Source: a virus
Taxonomy: Duplodnaviria; Caudoviricetes
IMG/VR virus record: IMGVR_UViG_3300044678_001332
Span: 1-58,461 of that record
Length of the DNA: 58,461 bases
Reading direction: 5' to 3' (one strand)
Position numbers and translations under genes: made by a program. Under the pieces are notes generated by a model. It was not told the origin of the DNA. It worked only from the letters and a program-made list of their open reading frames with translations, and ran no database searches. Positions 16,990-28,803 of this stretch are shown piece by piece. Every line of letters starts with the position of its first letter. The first letter of the stretch is position 1.

Positions 16990-17949
16990 ATGGCTAAAAA
17001 GATAATAGAAACAGAAACAGAACAGTTGGAAAACTTTCTAATAGATAAAGTGGTAAAAGTAATGCCTATTGTAAGACCTAATAGTTGGTCTTATAAATAT
17101 CAAATTACTGAAGATGGTAAAGACAAAACTAATGGTGCTTATCAGTTTAATACTGCAGTAACATATTTGTCAATACCAATTAGTAAGAGAAATGGTCTTA
17201 TTATTAGACCACTAGATAATATTAAGAAAGTAAAAACTGTACAATTTCCTGATGATGAAATTACAGAACAAGAATTTTTTGAAAGAATGTTAGGTTTAAA
17301 TAAAGGTGAACTTGACACTAATAAAAAAAGAACAGATGAAAAAGGTAACACTTATCCTGATACCTTCTGGCAAAAACTTGGAACTGTTAAGTTAAGAAAT
17401 GAAGCAAACCTTTTGGATTTATCTAATCCAATGGATATGATTAAGTATAAAGTTCTAATGCTTAATAAGAATGTTGTAGCTCCATCTCCTAATGAAAAAA
17501 ATAGAAAGCGTACTTACAGATTTATGATTGTAGATCAAGAAGTAGCTGAAGTTCAGGAAAAAGAAGAACTAAACACAAAACTAGAAGCCTTCTCATGGTT
17601 TGCTAGAATTAAAGCTGATATTGAACAACTTAAAGAGGTAATGTGGTTATATGATTCAAGAATTACTAACACTACAAACTATGATTATGTTTTTGCCTAT
17701 GTGGGTAAGATTGTTAATGATTCACCTACAAACTTCCTTAAGATAGTTCAAGATATTCATAAAGATTCTAAACTACTTTTAATGAGAGCAGTTAAGTCAG
17801 GGGCACTAGTTATTTCTAAAGAAAAAACATATCAATTCTTAGATGGTAAAGATATTGGTGCACAAGTTCAAGCTATTAAATGGATTGAAGATCCAGAGAA
17901 CTTTGCCATCGTAGAAAGATTAAAGGAGCAATCAGGTTATGACAGCTAA
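16990..17949 (+). CDS. Conserved crAss-like capsid-module protein
   Basis: FW....VKL.....LDLSNPMD.IKYKVL motif; follows MCP; TAACTTTG at 16966. Confidence 0.6.
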   Translation: MAKKIIETETEQLENFLIDKVVKVMPIVRPNSWSYKYQITEDGKDKTNGAYQFNTAVTYLSIPISKRNGLIIRPLDNIKKVKTVQFPDDEITEQEFFERMLGLNKGELDTNKKRTDEKGNTYPDTFWQKLGTVKLRNEANLLDLSNPMDMIKYKVLMLNKNVVAPSPNEKNRKRTYRFMIVDQEVAEVQEKEELNTKLEAFSWFARIKADIEQLKEVMWLYDSRITNTTNYDYVFAYVGKIVNDSPTNFLKIVQDIHKDSKLLLMRAVKSGALVISKEKTYQFLDGKDIGAQVQAIKWIEDPENFAIVERLKEQSGYDS

Positions 17950-18691
17950 TCAGATGTGGGATAATGTTCTTGTGACCTATGATGCACTATATTCACAAAG
18001 TGCACCTGGGTTTGAAGATGCTGAAGCAACTATCCTATTAACTAAAGCACAATGGTACTATATTCTTCAAAGGTTAAACCCTAAGAGTAACAGAAACATG
18101 GAAGGGTTTGAAGAAACTGAAATAAGAATCCAAGGTTTATCAGCTTTAGTTAAAGACTCACAAGAATCAACTACTCCTCCCACAACTGTAGGTGTTAATC
18201 AAATAGGGGCCTTGCCTGGAGAAGTTCTCTGGGCATTGCCTACTGATTTTATGATACCTATATATGAAGCTACTGTTACAGATGTTCCTCAATGTGGAAC
18301 TACTTCAACATTTAACAGAATGATGACTATTCCTATCTCACATGATGATTATAACTTAAGTTATGCTAATCCTTATAAAAGGCCATACTGTAATGGTAGT
18401 GAAGGTCTTGTGTGGAGACTAGAACATGGTAAGAAAACTGTCAACAATGTTGAGAGAAAAATCCATGGTATTATTACTGATGGAACATTTGATGTAACTA
18501 ACTATTATTTAAGGTATTTAAGATACCCTAATGATATAGTTGTAAATCTTAATACTCCAGCATTACAAGTTAGTTGTGAATTAGATTCTTTAACTCATCA
18601 AGGAATTTGTGATATTGCTGTAAAATTACTGTCTGCTGCAGTAAGAGAACAAATACCTATCAACCAACTAACAGCAGATAGTTTGGAATAA
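17939..18691 (+). CDS. Head-tail ring/adaptor protein (crAss-like)
   Basis: LTKAQ, GFEETE, LP.DF, NPYKRP, YLRYP...CEL...H..ICDIAV pattern. Confidence 0.6.
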   Translation: MTANQMWDNVLVTYDALYSQSAPGFEDAEATILLTKAQWYYILQRLNPKSNRNMEGFEETEIRIQGLSALVKDSQESTTPPTTVGVNQIGALPGEVLWALPTDFMIPIYEATVTDVPQCGTTSTFNRMMTIPISHDDYNLSYANPYKRPYCNGSEGLVWRLEHGKKTVNNVERKIHGIITDGTFDVTNYYLRYLRYPNDIVVNLNTPALQVSCELDSLTHQGICDIAVKLLSAAVREQIPINQLTADSLE

Positions 18692-18746
18692 CAAAAACAA
18701 TTATATTTGTAAAACAAATTAAACAACAATTTAACATTTTAAAAAA

Positions 18747-20018
18747 ATGGCTTTAGATTCAAAAAATAACATTAAAAGTGTATTTATCGTTCCTGATAGA
18801 GCATACACAACTTTTGCAAAAATGGTTCCTGGTCAAGATACTGGAGCAGTAGCAGTTTGCGACTTAAACAATACAGTACTTTCTACTGGCTGGACAGCTT
18901 CTGATTATCCTGTTATTAAAATTATTAAAGATAGAGGGGCTAATCTTCCACTTCAACAAGTAAGACTTAACCTTGCTGATCTTGCTGCTTATAGTGGTGC
19001 TGCTTATACTGCTGCTAGTGAACAAACATCTTTCATTGGTTCTAATGGTACAAGTGGTTCTATCAATGGTTTTCTTGGTACTCTTAATAATACTTTCTAC
19101 ATTGTAAAACTTGAGCATGTACCTAATCAATTTGCTTATGGTAAGCGTCCTGCTAACTACAAGTATGGTACTTTTCAATCAGCACCTACAGGTGTACAAC
19201 AAAAAGATGTTGCAGTAGGTCTTGTAAAATCTTTGGTACAAAACTTCAAACCAAACAGAACAATTGACTGGAGAGTTAAATCTGCAGTAGTTATTCAAGG
19301 TGCATTATCAGCTCCTGCTACAGGTACTTCATATGCTGTTACTAAATATTCTAAACAAATTACTGTTACAGGAACAATGCCTGCAGTTAATGATGTATTT
19401 AGAATGGCAGATGTTGGAGATACTCTTGGAGTAGATTCTCCAGTATATATAGTTACTGCTGTAAATGGTACAATTATTACTCTTAATTATGCTTATCAAG
19501 GTGAAACAGGTACTGTAACTTGTGCTACTGATACTGATGATGTAAGTCTTCTTTGGGTTGGAAATCCTAATGCTGGTATTAAAATCACTGGTATTAAGCA
19601 GAAATATGATGTTAATCGTTGGAGACAATATGACAAAGTTAGATTCAATGCTTTGCTTGAAAACTTTAGTTCAGATACTCCTGTAACTACTACTGCTGCT
19701 ACTGATGGTCTTGGTGTTTATGAACAAGTTGCTAATGACGAATACATCTCTTGGGGTGATGAAGGACAAATCTTTGTAGATCAAGTTCCTCCTCAGTTCC
19801 GTGAACAAGATGCTCAAATTGGTGGTGAATATTCTCCTCTTATTGTAGGATGGGTAAATCATCTTCCTTCACTCATTGGTGCTGGTGAAAATAAAGGTCA
19901 AGCTATTCTTTATATGGCTGCATATGCTGGAAGTAATCTTCAAGCAACTGAAATTGCAAATCTTCTTGATGATTGGGCTGCTCTTAAAAGCTTTGCTAAT
20001 CAAGAACCATTTTTATAA
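18747..20018 (+). CDS. Structural protein (auxiliary capsid/decoration-like)
   Basis: 423 aa, beta-rich, in the capsid module; TATATTTG at 18702. Confidence 0.5.
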   Translation: MALDSKNNIKSVFIVPDRAYTTFAKMVPGQDTGAVAVCDLNNTVLSTGWTASDYPVIKIIKDRGANLPLQQVRLNLADLAAYSGAAYTAASEQTSFIGSNGTSGSINGFLGTLNNTFYIVKLEHVPNQFAYGKRPANYKYGTFQSAPTGVQQKDVAVGLVKSLVQNFKPNRTIDWRVKSAVVIQGALSAPATGTSYAVTKYSKQITVTGTMPAVNDVFRMADVGDTLGVDSPVYIVTAVNGTIITLNYAYQGETGTVTCATDTDDVSLLWVGNPNAGIKITGIKQKYDVNRWRQYDKVRFNALLENFSSDTPVTTTAATDGLGVYEQVANDEYISWGDEGQIFVDQVPPQFREQDAQIGGEYSPLIVGWVNHLPSLIGAGENKGQAILYMAAYAGSNLQATEIANLLDDWAALKSFANQEPFL

Positions 20019-20040
20019 TAACATAATCCTTTAAGCAGAG

Positions 20041-20085
20041 ATAGTGAAGGACCTAGTTTTACAACTTGGTTTTTCACTATTTTTG
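20041..20085 (+). terminator. Long hairpin terminator
   Basis: ATAGTGAAGGACC...GGTTTTTCACTAT followed by TTTT. Confidence 0.55.
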
Positions 20086-20107
20086 TTTAAAATTAAACCT
20101 ATATAAA

Positions 20108-20725
20108 ATGGCATTTTCACCAACAATATCTGCCTGTCTCAATGGATGCACAGGTATAACTTTTAAAGATACTACTGGTTTTTACAATGCTACTACTAAT
20201 GAAGGAGGTTGGAATAACAATTTAACTCTTTGGAAATTACAAGCAGATGGTTCACCACATGTTGTAACAGCAACACTATCATTAACACTTAATGGAGGAC
20301 TTCCTACAACATTTAATGTTTTAACTGCTATCCAAGGTTCTATATTTCCAACCTATACATTGTATGAGTATATACCAGTAGATACTTATGGTAACCCTGC
20401 TCTTCAAGATGGCTATTATAATGCTACATTAACTATTGTAGATGATGAAGATAATACCTATGTTACAGATGTAGACTTTGTAGTATATTGCAATGTAGCT
20501 TGTTGTATATCTAAAATGGCTGCTAACTTACCTGCTGATTCATGTGAAAAATGTGATTCAACTCAATTTGATGATTTTATGACTGCTTATGGTATTTATC
20601 AAGCATTAAAAGCTACTGCTGAATGTCAAGGTACTCAAGAATTTTATAAACTATTAACAAAACTTCAAAAACTTTGCAATTCATCATCATCTACAAGTGG
20701 TGGGTGTGGTTGTGGTTGCTCTTAA
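20108..20725 (+). CDS. Structural protein with Cys-rich C-terminus (fibre hub-like)
   Basis: ATG at 20108 (MAFSPT...) preferred over the upstream TTG; D.TGFY motif; ends GGCGCGCS. Confidence 0.55.
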   Translation: MAFSPTISACLNGCTGITFKDTTGFYNATTNEGGWNNNLTLWKLQADGSPHVVTATLSLTLNGGLPTTFNVLTAIQGSIFPTYTLYEYIPVDTYGNPALQDGYYNATLTIVDDEDNTYVTDVDFVVYCNVACCISKMAANLPADSCEKCDSTQFDDFMTAYGIYQALKATAECQGTQEFYKLLTKLQKLCNSSSSTSGGCGCGCS

Positions 20726-20730
20726 TAACT

Positions 20731-22119
20731 ATGGAAAAATTTATAAAAACTGAAGGAAGAGATCCTTTTATAAAATTTGAAAGTGACTCAGCAATAGCAA
20801 TGTTTGGTCATTTAAATGCTCTTGTAGATGCTATTAATTCAAGTAGTGGTGGAGGAGATGGAGGACTAAGTAGTATTGAAGTACAGAAATCAGGTGACCC
20901 TACAATATATAATGCAACTAAATTAGTTTTTGCATCTAATGCTCAAGTAATTGGTAGTGGTAATACAGCAACTATTTTTGTACCATTTGTTTCTGGTCCA
21001 CAAGGTCCAGTGGGTCCTCAAGGTCCACAAGGATTACAAGGCCCAGCAGGTGCTCAAGGACCTTCAGGACAAAATGGAGCAACAGGTTCTCAAGGACCAA
21101 CAGGTGCTACAGGTCCACAAGGTTTAACAGGACCTTCAGGTCCAATTGGTCCAGCTGGTCCTGCAGGTGTAAATGGTAATAAATATAAAACTAGTTCTAC
21201 TACATCAACTACATTACCTTTTATAGGTTTAAGAAATTTTACTGTATCTGATGCAGATTTAGCTTATACTGCAGGACAATTTGTAGTTATTGCAGATGGT
21301 ACAGGTAGACAAATGGTAGGTACTGTTCAAAGCTATACTACAAGTCCTAATATTTTACAAGTAGATGTAACTGCATCTACAGGTACAAATACATCATCTA
21401 GTTGGCAAATAAATCTTCAAGGTATTCAAGGTCCTACTGGACCTCAAGGATTAACTGGTCCTCAGGGCCCTGCTGGTGCCACAGGTGCTACTGGGCCTGC
21501 TGGTCCAACAGGAGCAACTGGTTCAACTGGAGCTACTGGAGCTACGGGTCCTGCAGGCCCACAAGGACCTCAAGGTACTCAAGGTATTAATGGTACTAAT
21601 GGAGCTAAATGGTGGGCAGCTAGTGCAAATCCTAATTCAACACCAATAGTAGGTTCAGTAATTGGAGATTTTGCATTACAATCTGATGGACAAACTTGGA
21701 CAAAAACTGCTAACCCTAGTACTTGGATAGCTACTGCAGATATATTAGGACCTCAAGGTCCTGCAGGTCCTGCGGGAGCTGCTGGTACTGCTAATACTGT
21801 ATTATCTTTAAGTTTTGATGGTTATGGTGCACCTATTGGAGTTCCTGTTACATATACACTTTTAATTCCATATACAGGAACTTTTGTTCGTGCTCAAATA
21901 TTTTCTGATGTAAGTACAACATCTGTTATTACAGTAGTAGGTGGTGGATTAAATCTTAGTATTCCTATAACAGCTGCTGTTTCTTCACCTCTTATTACTC
22001 TTACTGGTTCTACTTCAGTAACAGGAACACCAACTTCACCAGCACAAGTTACTATAACAGTTGTTAATAATACTAATTCAACAAAACTATCTTTATCATT
22101 AACAGGAACAAGATCTTAA
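20731..22119 (+). CDS. Collagen-like fibre protein
   Basis: Three G-X-Y tracts (GPQGPVGPQ...). ATG at 20731 preferred. Confidence 0.8.
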   Translation: MEKFIKTEGRDPFIKFESDSAIAMFGHLNALVDAINSSSGGGDGGLSSIEVQKSGDPTIYNATKLVFASNAQVIGSGNTATIFVPFVSGPQGPVGPQGPQGLQGPAGAQGPSGQNGATGSQGPTGATGPQGLTGPSGPIGPAGPAGVNGNKYKTSSTTSTTLPFIGLRNFTVSDADLAYTAGQFVVIADGTGRQMVGTVQSYTTSPNILQVDVTASTGTNTSSSWQINLQGIQGPTGPQGLTGPQGPAGATGATGPAGPTGATGSTGATGATGPAGPQGPQGTQGINGTNGAKWWAASANPNSTPIVGSVIGDFALQSDGQTWTKTANPSTWIATADILGPQGPAGPAGAAGTANTVLSLSFDGYGAPIGVPVTYTLLIPYTGTFVRAQIFSDVSTTSVITVVGGGLNLSIPITAAVSSPLITLTGSTSVTGTPTSPAQVTITVVNNTNSTKLSLSLTGTRS

Positions 22120-22130
22120 TAATATAAACT

Positions 22131-22862
22131 ATGTGTACATGTTCAAGCAGTTGTAACTGCAATTCAACAACAATACCTAAAGGACCTCAAGGAGCTACTG
22201 GAGCACCAGGATCACAAGGTGTTCAAGGATTACCTGGAGACAATGGTAACTATGTAGTTCAAACAGTAGAACCTGAAGGATTAAATTGTCCTGCAGGTGG
22301 TGTTAAAATTGAGGTATTTGATGGTGTAGATGATACACTAATTAATACTACTTATGTATGTAATTTTTATAATAAAGGTATATTTTTTATTACTTCTCCA
22401 CCTGATAATTTAGATGCTGCACCTGCAAGTCCTGCAACTATTAGAAGAGTAATTGATGGTGATATTATAATATTTGATACAGCAGATTCTTTTCCAACAT
22501 TTAATGGATTAACTGGTTATAATCCTACAACAGGAGTGTGGACTTGTCCTGAAACTGGAAGATATGATTTAAGTTTTTTTGCACATTATGAATCACCAAC
22601 AACTGCAGGATGGACTGAAGGAGGATATTTTTTAGCTGGAATTTGTGGATTTGGTGCAACTGCAAATAATGTTTATGTAGTATCAAATCATACAGTAGGA
22701 GAAAATAATTTGTTTATTGAAATATCAGGAGCACTTGATAGTTTCCCAATAACTCAAGGTGATCAATTATGTTTAAAAGTTATAAACTGTACTGCTGAAA
22801 ATTACATAAGTGATGCAGGAGATACTGTTAAAATGTGTATTAGAAAATCAGGTAGCATATGA
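22131..22862 (+). CDS. Short collagen plus C1q-like fibre protein
   Basis: Cys-rich N-terminus, G-X-Y tract, and YNPTTGVWTCPETGRY resembling the C1q F.C...G.Y motif. Confidence 0.6.
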   Translation: MCTCSSSCNCNSTTIPKGPQGATGAPGSQGVQGLPGDNGNYVVQTVEPEGLNCPAGGVKIEVFDGVDDTLINTTYVCNFYNKGIFFITSPPDNLDAAPASPATIRRVIDGDIIIFDTADSFPTFNGLTGYNPTTGVWTCPETGRYDLSFFAHYESPTTAGWTEGGYFLAGICGFGATANNVYVVSNHTVGENNLFIEISGALDSFPITQGDQLCLKVINCTAENYISDAGDTVKMCIRKSGSI

Positions 22863-25800
22863 TCTTAACTCAAGATAAAATAAATAATGCTGTAATAAAA
22901 GCTTTTTGTAAAATGGCAGATAAATCTGTCAAGTATTACAAAGGATTAAGTGTTGGTGTTAACAATGACTGCCTTCTAAAAGAGGCAGTTTTGTTAAATC
23001 AATATGTAGACAATATAAAATGTTTTAAAATAATAGGTTCTACTGAACAATGTGATTGTTGTATAGAAGGAGATTATAAGGTTATATTACCTAATGATAA
23101 GATATATTATTTTCAATTTGGTTGTGATGGCAATGGTTATCTATTAACTGAAGATAATGGTGGTTATGATTTTACTTACTGTTATGATGAGACTAATAAT
23201 CAATTAGTAATGTCTTATGATGTAGATTACAGCTATCAAAGTTATGTTGAGTTTGGAAATTTAACAAGTTCTACAGCTTTTGCTGTATATGTTAATTCAA
23301 CTATTATTTATGGTGCTAATCCTATTTCTTATAATGATTTTTTAGATGCATTTAATAGTAGTAATATTTTAGGATATTCATTAATAAATAATGGGGGTAG
23401 TAGAACTATTATAAGAAAGAATGGATTTTATACAAATGATAATATTCAAGTTTTAGATGGAGATTCTGTTTTTAATTTAATATTAGGAATGGTAGATGAA
23501 GGTCCATTAGTAATTAAATTTGAAGATGTAGATTTTACAGAAGAATGTAACTTTAGTTACTCAGGAGTATTTCCTTGGTATTATAATTCAGAATTAGAAG
23601 TTACAGGAACACCTATTTTAACTGATGATGGTTTAATTACTATAGAAGATCCATTAGGTAATGATATTGTAACACCATTAGTTATTCCAGCAGCATTACT
23701 AACAGACCCAGAAGATATAGTTGATTATTGGAATGATAATAGAGCATCTACTAACTTTACATTAAGTTATAATGGTACAGAGTATGTAATGGAATCTCCT
23801 GCAGACTTTGTAAACTATTATAGTCATACATTTAATTTTACTCAAACAGAAGTAGTTAATGTACCTGTTCCTGGAAATAAAGCAACAGCTAGTTGTACTA
23901 ATACAGAAATAGGTGATAAAAATGAAGGTAAAATTTTAAAAGCATATGTTAATAGTTCTGAAATAGGAAGTTATACTATTCTTAGTGGAGATAGTGCAGA
24001 TACTGCAGCACAATTAGCTGTTAAATTAGAAAACACTTTTACTTACGCAGGAACAAGTTCTGTAATAGGAGCTACTATAAATTTAACTGCACCTACTGAT
24101 GGAACAGCTTATAATGGAACAACCTATGAATTAAAGTTAATTACACCTGAAACTTTACCAATTTTACAACCTATAGGTATTGTAAATACTGGAGGAAATA
24201 CTAATACTTTTCAAGTAGTTTTACAATTAACATCACAAATTTTAGGTCAAGTAAACAATACAGGATTATTAACACCTACTCAATTAGCATCAGCAATATC
24301 TGCAAGTATAAATTCAGGAACTGGAACTCATGGTTTTTCATCAGTTTATACAGGAAGTACTAATTTTACTTTAGTTGCTCCTACTGGAAGTGGATCTACA
24401 TACAACAATGATGAAGTAGTTTTACAATGTAATCCTGATCCAGGTTCTACTATACAAACAAATTATGTATCTTCTGTTGTAACAGGCACACGTTCAATTT
24501 TTTTTAGTGGTGATGGTTCTAATGAAGTAATAGATGATATAGATAATGATACTTTTACAGGAGGTACTAATCCTACTACAACTCCAGAAATTGAACCAGT
24601 AACATATACATCAGAATTTAATATTATTGTTGATGATGAATTAACTTATGAAAATTTAAATCCTTGTTTTGAAGAATTAACTGAAATTGCTAGAATACTA
24701 GTTACAGGTAATCCAGTATTATCAGGTTACAATGGATTTATAACAATTAATAATTATAATAATGATCCAGTATATTCTTTAACTATACCATCAAATATTA
24801 TAACTAATCCATCAGCAATTGTAGATCTTTGGAATTCTACAATGACATATACAGGATTTACACTTGCCTATGAAAATGGAGAATACATATTTACTTCACC
24901 TGTAGATAATAATTATGTAAGTTGGACAGCACAATTTAAACAATATGAAGGTGGTCAAAGTTCAAATACATTACTTGTAGATCCTATACCACAACCTTTT
25001 ATTACAAGTGGTATTCCTGCAACAACAACTATTCTTGTTACAGGAAGTGATATGTTAAACAATAGTACTACTCAAAACTTTAATCTTAATAGTAATTTAT
25101 TGTTTGCACATAGTGGACAGTTTACTACTCCTGAATCTGTAGAAACTTTTTTTAATACAAATACTATTGATTACTCTATACAATATGATGGTCCTCAACT
25201 TGGACCTGAAGTATTAGCTACAGCTTCTAATAATTTTATAGGAACTGCATTTACTAATCCTGGTGAAACAGTAGAAATATATATTGATTTTGCTAATTAT
25301 ACTGCTCCAGGATGGAGATCAAATGCTAATTATATTGGAGAATATGTTATTCAACCAGGAGATGCTCAAATAGATATATGGTCTGGTTTAACAAATAATA
25401 TTACAAATAGACCTAATGGAATTACTACAACTTTTATTGTAAATGCAGTACCTACTCCAGGAGATATTTTAAATATTGTTCATTCAGCAACAGGTACTTC
25501 TATTCTAGGAGGTGCTTTTACTGCTGGATCATATTTAGATGTTGTTACAACAGCACAAGCCTTAAGAGATGTTATAAATTTAGTTCCTGGTAATATATGG
25601 TCAGCTCAATCAAATATAAATGTATCTGGAGATTTAATAATTACATTAAATCCATCAACACCTAGTTATGCAAACTACACTAATACAAATTTAGTAGTAA
25701 ATAACAGTTTAGGACCATCATGGTCTTTTGTAGATCCTATTAGAAGATTAATGAGGAACTATATTACAGAAGGTGGTGGTATTGCACCATTTGATCCATT

Positions 25801-26476
25801 AAATCCATATCAAATAACATTAACTGCTTTTGTAGGTTCAGGAACTAATTGGAATAATCCTAATGTTGGATTAGCAATTTTTTCAACAACTGGTAATGAA
25901 GTATATACAACTTTTGCAGGTGGTCAAAACCCAAGTCCAAATGGTAATTATTTTTACACAGTTAGTTCACCAGATTTAGATGGATTTGCATATAATGGAG
26001 ATATATTTTCAATAACATATTCATCAAGTCCTACAATAGATTTTGGATCATTTAGTGGTGGTAGTAGTTCAACAATGGGTTTTTTATATTGGGAACTAAT
26101 TTTACCATCAGGAAGTACTGTAGTATATCAAGATGCTACTACTCCTGTTAACTATGCATCACTTCAAGAAATTGTTGATGCATTTAATGATTCTCCAAAT
26201 AATTTTGATTTTACTGCTACATTACAAGGAAATAATATTTACATTGCTAGTCCACCTAATACTTTTGAATTTTACAATGGTAGTGAAGTTAATTTACAAT
26301 ATGCTTATTTTTCTGAATTTCCTATTCAAGAATATAATTCTGAATTTAAAAATGGTGTTAATCCAACATTAATATCTTACATTGGACAATTTGAAAATCA
26401 AAAACCATTAGTAGAACAAACTTGTTTAACTAATGAACAAGTAATCAATATAATAAACAACATAAATAAAATATAA
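22859..26476 (+). CDS. Large modular structural/fibre protein
   Basis: 1205 aa, T/N/G-rich with internal repeats and Cys-containing helical termini. Confidence 0.6.
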   Translation: MILTQDKINNAVIKAFCKMADKSVKYYKGLSVGVNNDCLLKEAVLLNQYVDNIKCFKIIGSTEQCDCCIEGDYKVILPNDKIYYFQFGCDGNGYLLTEDNGGYDFTYCYDETNNQLVMSYDVDYSYQSYVEFGNLTSSTAFAVYVNSTIIYGANPISYNDFLDAFNSSNILGYSLINNGGSRTIIRKNGFYTNDNIQVLDGDSVFNLILGMVDEGPLVIKFEDVDFTEECNFSYSGVFPWYYNSELEVTGTPILTDDGLITIEDPLGNDIVTPLVIPAALLTDPEDIVDYWNDNRASTNFTLSYNGTEYVMESPADFVNYYSHTFNFTQTEVVNVPVPGNKATASCTNTEIGDKNEGKILKAYVNSSEIGSYTILSGDSADTAAQLAVKLENTFTYAGTSSVIGATINLTAPTDGTAYNGTTYELKLITPETLPILQPIGIVNTGGNTNTFQVVLQLTSQILGQVNNTGLLTPTQLASAISASINSGTGTHGFSSVYTGSTNFTLVAPTGSGSTYNNDEVVLQCNPDPGSTIQTNYVSSVVTGTRSIFFSGDGSNEVIDDIDNDTFTGGTNPTTTPEIEPVTYTSEFNIIVDDELTYENLNPCFEELTEIARILVTGNPVLSGYNGFITINNYNNDPVYSLTIPSNIITNPSAIVDLWNSTMTYTGFTLAYENGEYIFTSPVDNNYVSWTAQFKQYEGGQSSNTLLVDPIPQPFITSGIPATTTILVTGSDMLNNSTTQNFNLNSNLLFAHSGQFTTPESVETFFNTNTIDYSIQYDGPQLGPEVLATASNNFIGTAFTNPGETVEIYIDFANYTAPGWRSNANYIGEYVIQPGDAQIDIWSGLTNNITNRPNGITTTFIVNAVPTPGDILNIVHSATGTSILGGAFTAGSYLDVVTTAQALRDVINLVPGNIWSAQSNINVSGDLIITLNPSTPSYANYTNTNLVVNNSLGPSWSFVDPIRRLMRNYITEGGGIAPFDPLNPYQITLTAFVGSGTNWNNPNVGLAIFSTTGNEVYTTFAGGQNPSPNGNYFYTVSSPDLDGFAYNGDIFSITYSSSPTIDFGSFSGGSSSTMGFLYWELILPSGSTVVYQDATTPVNYASLQEIVDAFNDSPNNFDFTATLQGNNIYIASPPNTFEFYNGSEVNLQYAYFSEFPIQEYNSEFKNGVNPTLISYIGQFENQKPLVEQTCLTNEQVINIINNINKI

Positions 26477-26477
26477 A

Positions 26478-26843
26478 ATGAGTAATTATTTTCCTAATGC
26501 TAGACCTAATGAAAATATAACAACAACATTAAGAGCAGTAAATGATGATCCTATTGTAGTATGTTTAATAAATACTTCAGCACCATCAACTAATCTTAAA
26601 GAGTATATTCTTTCAGACTATGATTCTAATCCAAATAATTATCCTGCATATGAAAGTTTTAAATCATTATTAGCTACTTTAAATAAAGTTAATATGGTTC
26701 AAGTTTTAACAGGGTTTGTTCAATTTCCTAATGTATCTAGTACACCAATTAATGTTCCCGCTGTTGGTTTAACTTTTTATGGAAATAGTAATTTTAATTC
26801 ATTATTTGTTGATTCATCTAGAGTTATTCTTTACATTAAGTAA
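26478..26843 (+). CDS. Hypothetical structural protein
   Basis: 121-aa ORF in the fibre cluster. Confidence 0.55.
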   Translation: MSNYFPNARPNENITTTLRAVNDDPIVVCLINTSAPSTNLKEYILSDYDSNPNNYPAYESFKSLLATLNKVNMVQVLTGFVQFPNVSSTPINVPAVGLTFYGNSNFNSLFVDSSRVILYIK

Positions 26844-26850
26844 TTAATTA

Positions 26851-28803
26851 ATGCCATTATTTAATAACAAAAGAAAAGATTACAGTATACAACCTCCTAA
26901 GCAGCTAGTACCTGCAGGAGGTTTTACTGTTACTGATAGTTCTAATATTGATTTTACTTATTTTAATGGTAATTTAACTGCAGATCTTACAATTACATCA
27001 GTAATACCTGGTACTTATGGTAATATAACTAATATACCAAGACTTACTATTGATCAATGGGGAAGAGTAACTGGTGTAACATTAGTACCATTTTCAGTAA
27101 CAGGAATAACATTGGAAACTAATGGTACTCCAAATGGAGACCAAACTTTATTAAATCTTGTAGCAGGTACTAACATGACTATCACTGATGATGGTTTTGG
27201 TAATATTACATTTGATTCTACAGGAGGAAGTGGTGGAACTTATACAGCAGATAATGGTATTACTGAAACTACAAATAACTTTCAATTAGGTGGACCACTT
27301 GTTCTTAATACTGTTATAAGTGGTGCTACCAGAGCATATGGAATTGATTTTAGTGAGCTTAGTTATATTACTGGAACTACTGACCAATTAAATGTGGTAG
27401 CTGATAATGGTATAGATAATACACAGCTAGACATATCTGGTGGAGGTGGTCAAATTATTCATACTAATACTGTTGCAGGATCTCAATCTGCTGTATTACT
27501 TCAGTCAAGTACAGCAGCATTACAGCAAATTTCTGCTGCAAGTGGTGGATCTATTCAATTTACTTCAGCATTTGGCTTATTTGGATATTACCATACTCCA
27601 GTATTAACCCAAGTTCAATACCAAGTAGAAATTAATTCTGTTGGAATACACATAGTTACACCAAATGTTCAGGCTTCAACAGCTAGTGTTGGTCAGGTAC
27701 TTACATTACAAAATGCTACAACAGGACAGGTAGAGTTTCAAACTTCAACTGCTGGGGGTGGTGGAGGAGGTAGAAGTTACTATTTAAATGGAAGCGTTAT
27801 TCAAGGAAACTTTGCAGGAATACTTGACATGAGGCAGATGAGTCCAGTTCCTGTAATTGGAACAGGTACTGACTTTACTATAAACACAAATGGATACATT
27901 AAGAGTTTTATAACAGATGCTGGAGACCCTAACAAGGCTGTAATACCTGCTGGTAACTGGAACTTTGAGTTATGGTTTAGTGTAAATAATACTGGGGGAA
28001 GCCCAAGCTTTTATGTAGAACTTTCTAAATATGATGGTGCTGCATTTACTCTTATTGCAACAGGTAGTGCGAATCCAACAAACATTACTACGACAGCAAC
28101 AACGCTTTACATTACAGCACTTGGAGTTCCACAAACTCCACTTTTACTAACAGATAGACTTGCTGTAAGAGTCTTTGTAAACCACGGAGGAGGAGGTAGA
28201 GTAGTTACACTTCATACCCAAGGCCCTCACCTTAGTCAAATAATCACAGACTTTCCATCAGGTATTACTTCTCTTAATGGGTTAACAGCATTTGTACAAA
28301 ACTTTGCAACTCCAGGTACAACAGGAACAGCACCTAATTGGAGTTCTGCTTTAGATGCTCACACGTTAAATATTCCATTAGCAAGTACAGCAGGCGTTAC
28401 AGCAGGGTTAATAAGTAATACTCAGTATTCAAATCTAAAAACAGGCTCATGCGGTGTTACATTTGATGGTCAAGGAGGAACAATAGGTAATGGTAAAACT
28501 GCTTATGTGCAAGTACCATATAATGGAACACTAACTAGTTGGACATTGGTTGCTAATACATCAGGTAGTTGTACTATAACTGTGTTTAAAGATACATTTG
28601 CTAATTTTCCTCCATTAACACCTTCTGATAATATATATACTGTACAACCTGCATTAACATCTCAACAAAAAAATCAAAATTTAACTCCAACATATATAGG
28701 CTCTCAAGCAACTGTTACAGCAGGAGATTACATAGGATTTACTATATCTGGTGTTACTACACTTAGTTGGGTAAATTTAACATTATCAATTACTAAAACA
28801 TAA
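26851..28803 (+). CDS. Tail fibre protein
   Basis: V.PGTYG...IP.LTIDQWGRVT fibre repeat, LNIPLAS..TAGLIS motif, C-terminal FDGQG...VPYNG domain. Confidence 0.7.
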   Translation: MPLFNNKRKDYSIQPPKQLVPAGGFTVTDSSNIDFTYFNGNLTADLTITSVIPGTYGNITNIPRLTIDQWGRVTGVTLVPFSVTGITLETNGTPNGDQTLLNLVAGTNMTITDDGFGNITFDSTGGSGGTYTADNGITETTNNFQLGGPLVLNTVISGATRAYGIDFSELSYITGTTDQLNVVADNGIDNTQLDISGGGGQIIHTNTVAGSQSAVLLQSSTAALQQISAASGGSIQFTSAFGLFGYYHTPVLTQVQYQVEINSVGIHIVTPNVQASTASVGQVLTLQNATTGQVEFQTSTAGGGGGGRSYYLNGSVIQGNFAGILDMRQMSPVPVIGTGTDFTINTNGYIKSFITDAGDPNKAVIPAGNWNFELWFSVNNTGGSPSFYVELSKYDGAAFTLIATGSANPTNITTTATTLYITALGVPQTPLLLTDRLAVRVFVNHGGGGRVVTLHTQGPHLSQIITDFPSGITSLNGLTAFVQNFATPGTTGTAPNWSSALDAHTLNIPLASTAGVTAGLISNTQYSNLKTGSCGVTFDGQGGTIGNGKTAYVQVPYNGTLTSWTLVANTSGSCTITVFKDTFANFPPLTPSDNIYTVQPALTSQQKNQNLTPTYIGSQATVTAGDYIGFTISGVTTLSWVNLTLSITKT

